Shown here in pieces: positions 28,152 to 37,988 of a stretch of DNA of 64,000 nt (within the stretch, counting starts at the first letter, position 1; each line of letters begins with the position of its first letter). The position numbers and the translations under genes were made by a program. The stretch spans positions 1,536,001 to 1,600,000 of the forward strand of contig OY776562.1 in the NCBI GenBank assembly GCA_963675785.1, read 5' to 3'. Source of the DNA: Anaerolineae bacterium (GTDB taxonomy: Bacteria; Chloroflexota; Anaerolineae; UBA1429). A model generated the notes under the pieces. The model was not told the DNA's origin, made no database searches, and saw only the letters and a program-made list of their open reading frames with translations.

Positions 28152-30224
28152 TTGTTCACATTAGCAGCCCTGGGCTTTATGCTGTTGACTCCGCCACTCG
28201 ATGCACCCGATGCCCCCGGCCACCTGGCCTATGCTGCCTACTTGGCCGAAGGCGGCGGACTGGTAACGCTGCAAGAGGCTGCCGAAATCTCTCACGAGAT
28301 GGTACAGCAGCCACCGCTCTATTATGCCCTGGCGGCACTGTTCGATCACAACGGCTCGATGGCGCTGGCCCTGCAGTATGCGCCAGAGAACCCCTATATC
28401 GTCGATTGCGTAGGCCACAAGACCACCGTGCTCTTGCCCGATATGCCCTCTCTGGCGCAGATCGGCTTTCTCATCCCTCGGCTGTTGAGCCTGCTGGGCG
28501 GCCTGTTGGCCGTGGCCGGGTGCTGGTTGTGGCTGGCGCGCGCACTGCCCGAAAAGAAGGGCAAGCCGCATCCCGCAGCATTCGGCGCCGCCCTGCTGCT
28601 GGGCTTAACGCCCATGTTCGCTTACGAATCGGCGGCCATCACCAACGACATTCTCACGGTGGGGCTGGCTGTTTGCGCTGTAGTGCTGGGCATGGCTAGC
28701 TATCGCGACAATCGCTGGTGGCAGTGGTTGGCCGCTGGCGCGCTGGCGGGGTGTGCTGCCCTGACGAAATACAGCGGCCTATTGGCCATCGTGCCACTTG
28801 GCGTCATTTGGCTGTGGCATTTATCCGAGGATCGTTCCTGGCGCGCTGCCAAGCCAGCACTGCTGATGATCGGCGGGTTTGCCGCCGTGGCCGGCTGGTG
28901 GTTCGTACGCAATATGGCGCTCTATGGCGAATTGGTGCCCATGACGACGCTAGAACCCTTATTACCCGGCTTGATACGCACTGACAACCTTACCTTGAGC
29001 GCGCTATTTGCGCAGTTTGGCAGCACCTGGCGGAGCTTTTTCGGCATCTATGCCTGCGGCATTGCGGCCCCAGAGTGGTTGATGTGGGGCTGGGCCGGGC
29101 TGTCGCTTGCCGGATTGGTGGGGCTGGTGGTTGGCATCCTACGGAAAAAGCTGGACAAGCGGCGCTGGATCGTAGTGAGCAGCTCCTCCGCCTGGCTAAT
29201 CGCCTCTCTGTTAATGATGGCCGTGTGGGCCAACAGCCTGCTGTACACCGACCAAGGCCGTTTGCTGTTCATCGCCGCACCGGCTTTTTATGCTCTGGTA
29301 GCCCTGGGCTGGGACTGCCTCATCGATACCAGCCATAAGCTGGGGCGCATTGCCCTTATCGCCTGGCTCATCATCAGCCTGGTGTTCAGCGGTGTGCAGC
29401 TCTATGCTGTGTATGGCCCGGTGGAAACGCTGGCGGCGGTGGCGGCCGACTATCCCGTGGAGGTTACGCTAGACAGCGGCATTCGCATCGTGGGGGTGGA
29501 CATGCCCGAGGGCGCAGCCCTCTCGACGCCGGGCGAGCTGCCTATCACCATCTACCTCAGTGCCGACCAGCAGATCAACGCCTTTTACACGCTCTATGTG
29601 CAACTGGTGCTGGACGATGACACGCGTGTTTACAGTTGGAGCGGCCTGGCCAGCAACGGGCGGCTAACCACCATCGAGTGGCCGGTGGGGGAGATCATCA
29701 CCCTCGACCTGAACCTCAGCGTGGATGAGCCCATCGACGATCTGGCCACGCTGGTGATCGGCGCCTATCCCGAAGGTGAGCTCGAACAGAGCGAGACCGT
29801 ACGCGCCGCGCGGGTGCGCCTGCTCGATGAGACAGCATTGACTGGCTGGGATGACAACATCGCGCCACTGGTGACCTGGGACAACGGCATCGCCTTACTT
29901 GAGGCCGAGCCCCTGCTTAGTGATGATGGCTCGTTACTGGGCGCCACCCTGCACTGGGGGGCCCAACAGAACATCACCACCGATTACACTGTCTCGCTGC
30001 AAGTGTTGGGCGCTGATAACCAACTGCTGGCTCAGCGCGATCAGGCGCCACAAAACGGAATCTACCCGACCTCCACCTGGACTACGGGATTGCATTTGGA
30101 GGAGACCTACACCTATGACCAAGCTGTGGAGGATTGGCAGCAACTCATCGTATTGCTGTACGACGCTCAAGGGCAACGCCTTATGGTGAACGGCAGCGAC
30201 TATTACGTCATCGCCAGCCGCTAG
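28152..30224 (+). CDS. ArnT/PMT-like (GT39/GT83) membrane glycosyltransferase
   Basis: PDxxxH, QQPPLYY, ITND, ALTKYSG, WWFVRN, QGRLLF; true start may be upstream (see findings). Confidence 0.85.
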   Translation: MFTLAALGFMLLTPPLDAPDAPGHLAYAAYLAEGGGLVTLQEAAEISHEMVQQPPLYYALAALFDHNGSMALALQYAPENPYIVDCVGHKTTVLLPDMPSLAQIGFLIPRLLSLLGGLLAVAGCWLWLARALPEKKGKPHPAAFGAALLLGLTPMFAYESAAITNDILTVGLAVCAVVLGMASYRDNRWWQWLAAGALAGCAALTKYSGLLAIVPLGVIWLWHLSEDRSWRAAKPALLMIGGFAAVAGWWFVRNMALYGELVPMTTLEPLLPGLIRTDNLTLSALFAQFGSTWRSFFGIYACGIAAPEWLMWGWAGLSLAGLVGLVVGILRKKLDKRRWIVVSSSSAWLIASLLMMAVWANSLLYTDQGRLLFIAAPAFYALVALGWDCLIDTSHKLGRIALIAWLIISLVFSGVQLYAVYGPVETLAAVAADYPVEVTLDSGIRIVGVDMPEGAALSTPGELPITIYLSADQQINAFYTLYVQLVLDDDTRVYSWSGLASNGRLTTIEWPVGEIITLDLNLSVDEPIDDLATLVIGAYPEGELEQSETVRAARVRLLDETALTGWDDNIAPLVTWDNGIALLEAEPLLSDDGSLLGATLHWGAQQNITTDYTVSLQVLGADNQLLAQRDQAPQNGIYPTSTWTTGLHLEETYTYDQAVEDWQQLIVLLYDAQGQRLMVNGSDYYVIASR

Positions 30225-30246
30225 CCGTTTTAACAACAATAAAAAC

Positions 30247-30281
30247 AGCGCCCCTGCATGGTTCATGCAGGGGCGCTTTCT
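30247..30281. terminator. bidirectional terminator
   Basis: agcgcccctgcatg/catgcaggggcgct between convergent genes. Confidence 0.8.
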
Positions 30282-30297
30282 TGTAAGCAGAGGGCTG

Positions 30298-31863
30298 CTA
30301 GATCTCTTGCCGCTCGATGACCGCCACCGAACCGACCAGAGCCAGTTCCATCAAGGCGAAAGCCACGACTAGAGCACCACCGGCGGCAACACCTGTGGGC
30401 ATCGGCGCATCTACCGGAATAGCCAGTGCCCAGCTGGTGAGTGCGCCGGGCGCATAGGGTGACAGTGCCGGAATGCTGCCCAGCGTCATCACCAGGATGC
30501 ACAATCCCAGGGCAAACCCTGCAGCACTGCCGATGTTTTTGCCCAGTGTGCTGCCCAACAGAGTGAGCGTAGAGTAGACCATGGCCCAGACATACATCAG
30601 GCCGGTAGCAGCGAGAACAGAGCCAAATTGGGCCGTACCGTAGAGCTGCCAGATGTAGAACCAGGCGCAAAGCATGGAACCGGCAAAGCCCAGGGCATAG
30701 ACCCCCATCTGAGCGACCCATTTGGCCAGCACAAAGGTGCTGCGCGACAGGGGTTTGGAGAGTATCATCGGGGCCGTACCGCGCATCTTTTCACCCGCCA
30801 CAGCCGTCATCCCCACCAAAATGATGACCATAAAACCCGTCTGGGTGACATTCTGCACGTACTCGCTCATGGCATCGGCCGGAGAAGGATCGGCGAACAG
30901 CCCAGCGATCTGCTCATAACCCTCGACACCACTGAGGATCTGCGGCAGAAAATAGGCCATCAGGGGTGAGAGAATGCCAAAAAGCACCAGCACCACCACA
31001 ATGACCAGCAACCGTCGCGTACGCCACATCTCTGTAAGCTCTTTGCGCAGCTGCCAAAAGAACAGACGGCGTTGTGAAACCAATGGCGCTGGCACAACAT
31101 CATCCCTAGCGGGGCGCGGCCAAAAGTGAGCCACAATCGCCCAGGCGACAACCGCCAACAACGCTTCGGCCACAGCCAGCCAGCCCAGGCTCAGCTTGGC
31201 CGCGGCATACACCGCACCGGCATCCACCGCGGCGTGGGCTAACACAGCCAAGAGGACAAAAGCCGCACCCTTGAAGGCACTGCGCTGCCTAAAGGCTTGC
31301 AGCACCAGCAACGAAAGACCGATGTGTATGCCCAGAGTCATCAGACGCTCCAAGGCGGGCAACAGGGCAATCAGCGGCTGTGCCTTTAGAAGACTGAGTT
31401 GCCCCGACACAACGGCAAGTTGCGCCGCGCTGAGGCCCAACGTCGTCAGATCAGCATTCCACAAGGACCACATCTGCCCCAGACTAGAGCCCAGCATCAC
31501 AGCGACGAGTCCGATGCACTCGATGCCGCCATGGCCAATGCCCAGCATCAGGCCATCGGCCGTATCGCGGCGATTCTTGAGCAGGGCAAAGGCACCGGCC
31601 CGAGCCAGCTCTTCGCAGAGGCCCGCGGTCAGGCCAGCTATCAAAGCCGTTTGCCAAAGCGGCGCCGTAGCGCTGAGCCAACCGATATCGGATAACCAGT
31701 TGTTCAGCGGAATATGCACCGCCTGTGAGACGGCAAAAGTGGCCGCCCCCACCAGAAACAAGTACCAGGGCGTGCCCCGGCGCCGACGCCGCAACAACGA
31801 GGCGGCGGCAATGGGCAACGCCATGATGATCAGAATGGATACTATATATAACCAGAGGGCCAT
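30298..31863 (-). CDS. YhfC-type intramembrane metalloprotease fused to ABC-2 permease
   Basis: AGLCEELAR, GHGGIE, ER, H.AVD in the N-half; KELTEMWRT, AGEK.RGT..LSKPLSR..FVLAK in the C-half. Confidence 0.85.
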   Translation of the reverse strand: MALWLYIVSILIIMALPIAAASLLRRRRRGTPWYLFLVGAATFAVSQAVHIPLNNWLSDIGWLSATAPLWQTALIAGLTAGLCEELARAGAFALLKNRRDTADGLMLGIGHGGIECIGLVAVMLGSSLGQMWSLWNADLTTLGLSAAQLAVVSGQLSLLKAQPLIALLPALERLMTLGIHIGLSLLVLQAFRQRSAFKGAAFVLLAVLAHAAVDAGAVYAAAKLSLGWLAVAEALLAVVAWAIVAHFWPRPARDDVVPAPLVSQRRLFFWQLRKELTEMWRTRRLLVIVVVLVLFGILSPLMAYFLPQILSGVEGYEQIAGLFADPSPADAMSEYVQNVTQTGFMVIILVGMTAVAGEKMRGTAPMILSKPLSRSTFVLAKWVAQMGVYALGFAGSMLCAWFYIWQLYGTAQFGSVLAATGLMYVWAMVYSTLTLLGSTLGKNIGSAAGFALGLCILVMTLGSIPALSPYAPGALTSWALAIPVDAPMPTGVAAGGALVVAFALMELALVGSVAVIERQEI

Positions 31864-32798
31864 CAGGCGCTTACCTCCAAAAAGATATCTTCCAGGGAGG
31901 GTCTCACCCAGCGGAAAGAGTCCAACACGATACCTTGAGACACCACCAGTGGCAGCAGGCCCACCCGAGCCGCCTCCATGTCCAGAACTTGTACATGCAG
32001 CTCGGTTCCGCCGTTATGGACCCGCTCTACCCAGGGCTGTTGAGCGATGAGCGCCTCCAGGCTTGCCACCTGGTCGGCGCTCTCATGCGCCACCTCTAGC
32101 ACGGCCTCGTCTACAGCATAGCGGTCGAGCAGTTCCTGACGAGGCAGCACAAACAGCAGCCTCCCCTTGTGGATGACCCCCACCGTATCGCAGATGCGGT
32201 CCACATCGGCGATGATATGGCTGGAAAGGAACACCGTGACGCTGCCGCGCAACCGGCTGATCATCTCCAACACCTCATGGCGGCCTGCGGGGTCCAAGGC
32301 ACTGGTGGGTTCGTCCAAAAAGAGCACCGACGGTTCATGGATGAGGGCCTGGGCCACACCCAAACGCTGTTTCATGCCGCCCGAATAGCCCTGCACACGG
32401 CGATCGGCCGCCTCTTTCAGATTGACCAGTTCCAACAGTTCATCGGTGCGGCGATTGCGGTTACCAACCGAAAGGCCGTATAGACCGCCAACATAGTCCA
32501 GATACTCACGGCCCGTCATCCAGCCATAAAAAGCAGATTCCTGCGGCAAATAGCCATAGGCCGCACGCGAGCGGCCATCACCCGCCGTCACCTGGCAGCC
32601 GGCCACCCAAGCCGAGCCATACGTGGGCCGAGCCAAGCCGGTGAGCAGGCGCATGGTGGTGGTTTTGCCGGCGCCATTGCGCCCCAAAAAGCCAAATATC
32701 GAGCCGTGCTGCACTTCTAAATCGAGATCATCCAGGGCTAACACATCGCCATAACGGCGGGTCAGGTGGCTGGTGCGCACTGCCAGTTCAGCAGCCAT
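31863..32798 (-). CDS. ABC transporter ATP-binding protein
   Basis: GRNGAGKTT, YSGGMKQR, LDEP, SSH. Confidence 0.97.
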   Translation of the reverse strand: MAAELAVRTSHLTRRYGDVLALDDLDLEVQHGSIFGFLGRNGAGKTTTMRLLTGLARPTYGSAWVAGCQVTAGDGRSRAAYGYLPQESAFYGWMTGREYLDYVGGLYGLSVGNRNRRTDELLELVNLKEAADRRVQGYSGGMKQRLGVAQALIHEPSVLFLDEPTSALDPAGRHEVLEMISRLRGSVTVFLSSHIIADVDRICDTVGVIHKGRLLFVLPRQELLDRYAVDEAVLEVAHESADQVASLEALIAQQPWVERVHNGGTELHVQVLDMEAARVGLLPLVVSQGIVLDSFRWVRPSLEDIFLEVSA

Positions 32799-33020
32799 CT
32801 AGGCCTCCTCGCGCCCGATCAACAGATACGCGATCGGACCCAACATGTTGACGAACAGAATGATCAATGCCCACATCCATTTTGGCCCCCGCGTGGGGCG
32901 CTTGGTACGGATGAGGTCGATGAGGGCGTAGAGCATGAGGCCCACCTGCAGCAAAAACAAAGGCAGAATGAGTATCAGGTTGTCACGCAAAAAAGTCATG
33001 GCATCAAATCCAGTGGTCAC
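32799..33020 (-). CDS. PLDc_N-domain small membrane protein
   Basis: ALIDLIR...KWMWALIILFVNMLGPIAYLLIGR. Confidence 0.9.
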   Translation of the reverse strand: MTTGFDAMTFLRDNLILILPLFLLQVGLMLYALIDLIRTKRPTRGPKWMWALIILFVNMLGPIAYLLIGREEA

Positions 33021-33547
33021 GTTTTATCTCCTTCAGGATGAGTGATGAAAGCAATCTTTCGGCGGCGCCGCGTTTCGCCGGGACCATTGACGAGCAACGG
33101 AGCAATCAGGCTGTTGATTCCGGCGGCAAACTCGGTCATCTCTTGCTCAGTGGCATAAAAAAATGCTTCGGTATAACCCGCTAAATCGTGCGCCAGGTCC
33201 GGCGGTTCTTCGTGCAGCACGTAGCGCTCGAAACCGTCGATCAACGAGGCAGCATAGATGACAAAAGAACGCACGTGATCCTGCGGCTGCAGGTGCTGCA
33301 CGTCTTTCTCACTGACATGGTAGGTGTCTATGAGACGATACGCCTTTTCACGCGGGTCGGTTGTGTCGATAGATTCATCGTATTCGATGAGGCCCCCATC
33401 GACGAGATGCTTGATGTGGCGATAGATAGACGAACGCGGCACCTCTGGCATGGCCTCGGCCAGGGCGTCGGTCGTAGCTGGCCCAGCAGTTAGCAACTGC
33501 AAAATGCGCAAACGCACCGGGTGAAGAATGAGGTTTGAACGGTCCAT
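33017..33547 (-). CDS. ArsR-like helix-turn-helix regulator
   Basis: LILHPVRLRILQ, SIYRHIKHL. Confidence 0.9.
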   Translation of the reverse strand: MDRSNLILHPVRLRILQLLTAGPATTDALAEAMPEVPRSSIYRHIKHLVDGGLIEYDESIDTTDPREKAYRLIDTYHVSEKDVQHLQPQDHVRSFVIYAASLIDGFERYVLHEEPPDLAHDLAGYTEAFFYATEQEMTEFAAGINSLIAPLLVNGPGETRRRRKIAFITHPEGDKT

Positions 33548-33556
33548 GTCTCACTC

Positions 33557-33605
33557 CTATTATCATTATCAATAATGATAATAGCCACTTTTAGTTTCCT
33601 GTCAA
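33557..33605 (-). promoter_or_regulatory. promoter with 13-bp-arm palindromic operator
   Basis: CTATTATCATTAT-ca-ATAATGATAATAG (33557-33584) overlapping the TATTAT -10; TTGACA at 33600-33605 (-). Confidence 0.75.
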
Positions 33606-33700
33606 ACCTAAAATTTGCATAAATTACGTTAATTTTTGCTTACATTTGTTTGACGCTTTCTTCACGCAGGACTATGCTAGACAAGCATGGGGGAAAGAGA

Positions 33701-34282
33701 ATGATGGAAGAGTGGACTTTTAGCTATCGCGTCAATGCTGAGGATATCCTGGAAAGCTATAACGAAGCATTTGGTGACTTTGCCCGACAAAATGGTGCTG
33801 CCGCTCTATTGGAAGGACTGTTAGGAACGCCGCTCAAACAACACATCCAAGGAGACAGCGTCCTACAGCTCTATGTTGACATCATGGAAAAGGCGCGCAC
33901 ACGAGGCAAGAGCATTGAGCTGCCCTTCCGCTGCGATTCCCCCGTTATGCGGCGTTATATGACCATGCGCGTTGAACCGTTACGCGATGGCGCCGTGCAA
34001 TTCTGGACACGCGTCGAGCGCACCGAGCGTTTCGAGCTGCCCGTTCCGCTGCTGGATACCATCACCCCGCGCAACCAGGAAACCCTGACCATGTGTGCCT
34101 GGTGTAAGAATATATTGATCGACGATGAATGGTACGAGATCGAAGATGGCGTCCGCAAACTAGAGTTGTTCGACGAACCCACCTGCCCCGAGATTACTCA
34201 CTCACTTTGCCACACATGCAATGAGACTCTGTATAAAGAACTAGCAGCACTTGACAAAGCACAAGAGGTTGAGCAAAGCTAA
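33701..34282 (+). CDS. PAS-like hypothetical protein with C-terminal CxWC/H.xCxxC motif
   Basis: FRCDSP..RR.M, MCAWCK, ITHSLCHTC. Confidence 0.75.
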   Translation: MMEEWTFSYRVNAEDILESYNEAFGDFARQNGAAALLEGLLGTPLKQHIQGDSVLQLYVDIMEKARTRGKSIELPFRCDSPVMRRYMTMRVEPLRDGAVQFWTRVERTERFELPVPLLDTITPRNQETLTMCAWCKNILIDDEWYEIEDGVRKLELFDEPTCPEITHSLCHTCNETLYKELAALDKAQEVEQS

Positions 34283-34321
34283 ACAAGTAGGATCACTTGC
34301 CAATATCATCGGGAGAAAGCC

Positions 34322-34903
34322 GTGAGACTTTTCGATCACTTTGACCTCCTGGCTCCGCTGATGGACAGGGCGCCCGCGCCAGACCCTGACCGGATGCGGA
34401 GCCTTTTAGATTTGCCCTGCCGGGAATTGCTGCTGGACGCGGGTGGGGGTACGGGGCGAGTCATTCATCAGCTTGCCCAAGAAACTGCTGGCGTACTGGT
34501 GGTGGATATCTCGCAAGGCATGCTCAAGAAGGTATTAACCCACTACCCCAACAGCACCGACCGCGTGCACCCGCTGAGAGCCTCGGTTAACCAGCTGCCT
34601 TTCCCCGATGGAAGCTTTAGCCGCATTCTCGTCGTCGATGCCTGGCATCACTTTGCCGATCAGGCAGGAGCTGCCGATGAGCTTGTTCGTGTGCTGGCAC
34701 ACGGTGGCCGCCTCATCATTGGTGAGCCCAACGGTGACACCACCGGCGCGCGTATCATGAGCTTTATCGAGCGCCTGGCTTTGATGTACAGCCATGTGTT
34801 ACCCATCCAAGAGCTGGCCGACATGCTGCGTACCCGCGGGTTGGAGGTTACTGTGCAAATTCAGGGTATGAGCGCCACCTGCATCTGCATCAAGCCAGCA
34901 TAG
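34322..34903 (+). CDS. class I SAM-dependent methyltransferase
   Basis: LLDAGGGTG, LPFPDGSF, RVL..GG. Confidence 0.9.
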   Translation: MRLFDHFDLLAPLMDRAPAPDPDRMRSLLDLPCRELLLDAGGGTGRVIHQLAQETAGVLVVDISQGMLKKVLTHYPNSTDRVHPLRASVNQLPFPDGSFSRILVVDAWHHFADQAGAADELVRVLAHGGRLIIGEPNGDTTGARIMSFIERLALMYSHVLPIQELADMLRTRGLEVTVQIQGMSATCICIKPA

Positions 34904-35095
34904 GGCATATTGGCATCAAAAGATGGTGGCAAACGTATGCCTTTGTTTGATTATGTCCACTCATATTTCCCAACCCACTGGTAGAGCCCAGCGTAAATTT
35001 CCCTACGTTTTTTGCCCGCGACGCCTTGCATAGCCCCCACAGACGCGTTAGCATGCTCCTGTTCTACCTTGTCGACCGCAGATAGAGGGGGAAAC

Positions 35096-36316
35096 ATGAC
35101 ACGCAAAGGTGATACCTGGAACGAATCGCGAACCTACCTAGACCCATTCACGCTGCGCAGGGTGCGCCAGTTCACCACCGCCGGCGCCTACAACTATCAT
35201 CCCGCCTACCATACCAGCACCGCCTGGACCGCCGACGGCAAACGATTTATCTTTATGAGCGGGCGTGCTAACAAGAGCACGATTTTTTGCGGCAATGTAG
35301 AGACCGGCGAGATCACCCAACTGCTGGATTGGGTGGACGGCTGGATGATCAACATCATCACCGGCGCCTCGGGAAATTTCAGCCACGGCGTGGGCACACC
35401 CTGCCTCGATCGGAATAGCGGCTGGGTGTACTACAGCATCGATCAAACGCTACGTGCTGTGAATATCGACACACTGGAAGAACGTACACTCATTGAGGAT
35501 TCAGGCGTGTGGGCCTATGGCACTCCCACGGTGAGTCCTGACAGCGCCTATGTGGCCGTTCCCGCCAATATTATCCCCGAGGCTATGGCCAATGTCGACC
35601 CAACCCGCCCGCTCGACACTGCCGAGGTGCGCGCCATCTATGCCGAGCCAGAGGGCAAGGGCTCGCACTATCGCATCGAAGTGATCAACACTCTGGGCGA
35701 CACCCAGCGTGAGGTTGTGTATGATGAACTCGATTCGCGCTGCAACCACCTGCAATGGAACCCGGTCAAAATGGATTGGCTGCACACCGACCGCGACATG
35801 CCCCCCGATTTTTGGGGCGGCTCTGACGGCGTGACAAACCGCGTGTGGACCCTTCATCTCCCCGATAAGCGGCTGGTCGAGCAGCCCTCGCCCAGTGGGC
35901 GCACCTTCCAAGTGCATTCCGTGTGGAGCTGGGATGGCGAAGATGTGCTTTACCATTGCCCTGGCGGACCAGGGCGCGGCGGCCCCGGTTACGTCATCGG
36001 CGTGAACGACATCGAAGGAAATAACATTGTCGAGTGGGGCAGCGACGCCTGGACCAACTATGGTCATGTGGGCGCTGTAGCCGGGCGTAAGGCGGTCATG
36101 ATCGACGGCAACATCACCAACGACATGATTTTGTGGCTGTATTATGACGATCCCAAGCATCTGCGCATCGAGGCCATCTGCAAGCACGGCACCAACTGGG
36201 GCGGCAGCGAGTGGCAGTATCCGCATCCGCACCCACAGTGCGACCCAACCGGCAGCCGCATCGTCTACAACGCCGCCGCTGGCGGGCGTAGCGATGTGTT
36301 CGTGGTAGAGATCTAG
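35096..36316 (+). CDS. oligogalacturonate lyase-like beta-propeller
   Basis: Y.DP.T, NHLQWNP, HPHPQ motifs. Confidence 0.75.
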   Translation: MTRKGDTWNESRTYLDPFTLRRVRQFTTAGAYNYHPAYHTSTAWTADGKRFIFMSGRANKSTIFCGNVETGEITQLLDWVDGWMINIITGASGNFSHGVGTPCLDRNSGWVYYSIDQTLRAVNIDTLEERTLIEDSGVWAYGTPTVSPDSAYVAVPANIIPEAMANVDPTRPLDTAEVRAIYAEPEGKGSHYRIEVINTLGDTQREVVYDELDSRCNHLQWNPVKMDWLHTDRDMPPDFWGGSDGVTNRVWTLHLPDKRLVEQPSPSGRTFQVHSVWSWDGEDVLYHCPGGPGRGGPGYVIGVNDIEGNNIVEWGSDAWTNYGHVGAVAGRKAVMIDGNITNDMILWLYYDDPKHLRIEAICKHGTNWGGSEWQYPHPHPQCDPTGSRIVYNAAAGGRSDVFVVEI

Positions 36317-36419
36317 CGAGGAACCAAGCCAGTTACAGAGGCGTCTTGTGGGCGACCAGATTATTCTTCCTCTGGTCGCCCCTTTCAAAAAGATGCCCCA
36401 GGGCTGGAGGAGACCAAAT

Positions 36420-37031
36420 ATGACGCGATTCGACAAGTACCTAGGGTATTTCATCTTGGGCCCAATTGCTCCACTACTGTTTCTGATCATCGGTTGGTGG
36501 AGCAGTCTCTCCTTTGTGGCGGAAGAGTACGTCCGCTGGTACGCCCTGGCGGGCTGGGGGCTGGGCTGCACGCTCGACTTCCTTTTTCTTCCCCGCTGGG
36601 TAGCCCGCTTCTACGACCTCTCTCCTCTGGCCTATATGCTAATCTATTTCTTTTACTCGATCGGCGTCTATGGCATGTTCATGGGGTTCCCTGTGATAAA
36701 CCTGGTGCCGGGAATTGCCGCCGGCCTCTATATGGGGCGCAGGTATCTCGCTGACCCCCTCAAAAAGAGAGAGCGAATTCTCAAACGCACCAGTTGGTTC
36801 ACCACTCTGGTGATTGCCATAGTTTGCTGCACCACTGCATGGATGGCCATCAACGAACCTACCATGCCGCTCGAATTGCAGGGCATGTTGGGGTTACCCT
36901 TTACTGTGACCTGGACGATGATCTATTGGTTGATTGGAGTCGGCGGCATCCTGCTCATCGCCGTCCAATATGGGCTTACACTCCTCGCTGGGAAACTGGC
37001 CATGAGGCGAGGCGCTCTCCTGCCCGCATGA
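36420..37031 (+). CDS. hypothetical membrane protein
   Basis: GGAGG RBS; multiple TMs; GMFMGFPV.N. Confidence 0.75.
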   Translation: MTRFDKYLGYFILGPIAPLLFLIIGWWSSLSFVAEEYVRWYALAGWGLGCTLDFLFLPRWVARFYDLSPLAYMLIYFFYSIGVYGMFMGFPVINLVPGIAAGLYMGRRYLADPLKKRERILKRTSWFTTLVIAIVCCTTAWMAINEPTMPLELQGMLGLPFTVTWTMIYWLIGVGGILLIAVQYGLTLLAGKLAMRRGALLPA

Positions 37032-37035
37032 CACA

Positions 37036-37074
37036 AAAGCAGCCAACAAGGTTAAGGGCTTTGTTGGCTGCTTT
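37036..37074. terminator. bidirectional terminator
   Basis: aaagcagccaacaa/ttgttggctgcttt. Confidence 0.8.
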
Positions 37075-37153
37075 ATTTCAACACAGAACTGGCTTGTCTG
37101 GAAAACTTTGACTGCTCGTGATCTTGTTATACAGCAGCCGATTCAGCGAAACC

Positions 37154-37927
37154 TCATCCCAGTAGTGTACGGCGCACATCTTCGATGCGCACCAAACCAC
37201 AAGCATGCATCTCTTCTAACAGGGCAGTCGCCTCGCGTTCATCCTCGGCACTAACCAGTGCTGATGCGCCGTTGCGGTGAAAAGTCCCCAGCCCATCGCC
37301 AGCCCACAACAAGAACTCGCCTTCATAAACATGGCGCACCCAACGGTGCACACCACCGGCAATGGCGCGTTCTGCACCCAGATAAAGCTTGAGCTGCACC
37401 GCTGCCAAGTCGGCAGGCTCTACATCGTTTTCTATCCCCTGGGGTGTACCCACGTGTGCGCAAAGCTGCGTGCGGGTCTCGTGAAGGGTATCTGCATGCA
37501 GATTCGTAGCGATGAGATGCCCAGCACCGGCCAGTGCAAAAAAGCTGCGGGCCTGCGGGCCCCAAACATAGGCATAGTAACTGCCAGCACCGACCTCGTG
37601 GGCCACATAGCAAGTACGCAGTCCATTGGAAGCCACAATGGGGGCCGAAAGTGCAGCATCGAGTACGGATGAGCTGCCTACAGCCTTTAGCGATACATCA
37701 TCGGGCACCAGATTGAGCAGCGCACACATGACGGTGGTTTTGCCAGCACCGCCAAACTTTGCCCCTACTAGCAAGCTGACGCCTCGCCGCATGACCGCCA
37801 ACAGGTAGGCAGCCAAGGGTAAATCCACTGAGCCAGCCTCCCACAAATCTATGATGGAGAGCATTCGTCCACCCCGCTGGTTGCAGGCGTTCAAGGCACT
37901 CACATGAGCATTTAGATCAGCTTGCAT
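37154..37927 (-). CDS. short CpaF/VirB11-like P-loop ATPase
   Basis: GGAGKTT Walker A, AHEV, TNLHAD His-box. Confidence 0.7.
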   Translation of the reverse strand: MQADLNAHVSALNACNQRGGRMLSIIDLWEAGSVDLPLAAYLLAVMRRGVSLLVGAKFGGAGKTTVMCALLNLVPDDVSLKAVGSSSVLDAALSAPIVASNGLRTCYVAHEVGAGSYYAYVWGPQARSFFALAGAGHLIATNLHADTLHETRTQLCAHVGTPQGIENDVEPADLAAVQLKLYLGAERAIAGGVHRWVRHVYEGEFLLWAGDGLGTFHRNGASALVSAEDEREATALLEEMHACGLVRIEDVRRTLLG

Positions 37928-37988
37928 ATAGTCTCCTAAATAAAAGCAGCAGGCCAGGCATACCGGCCTGCTGCCAAATCGATAAAGT

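Noticed and set aside
33557-33584. Fur box
   Set aside because: It contains ATAATGATAAT, but its symmetry differs from the 19-bp Fur box and it sits directly upstream of an HTH gene with no iron-related cargo; autoregulation is more parsimonious.
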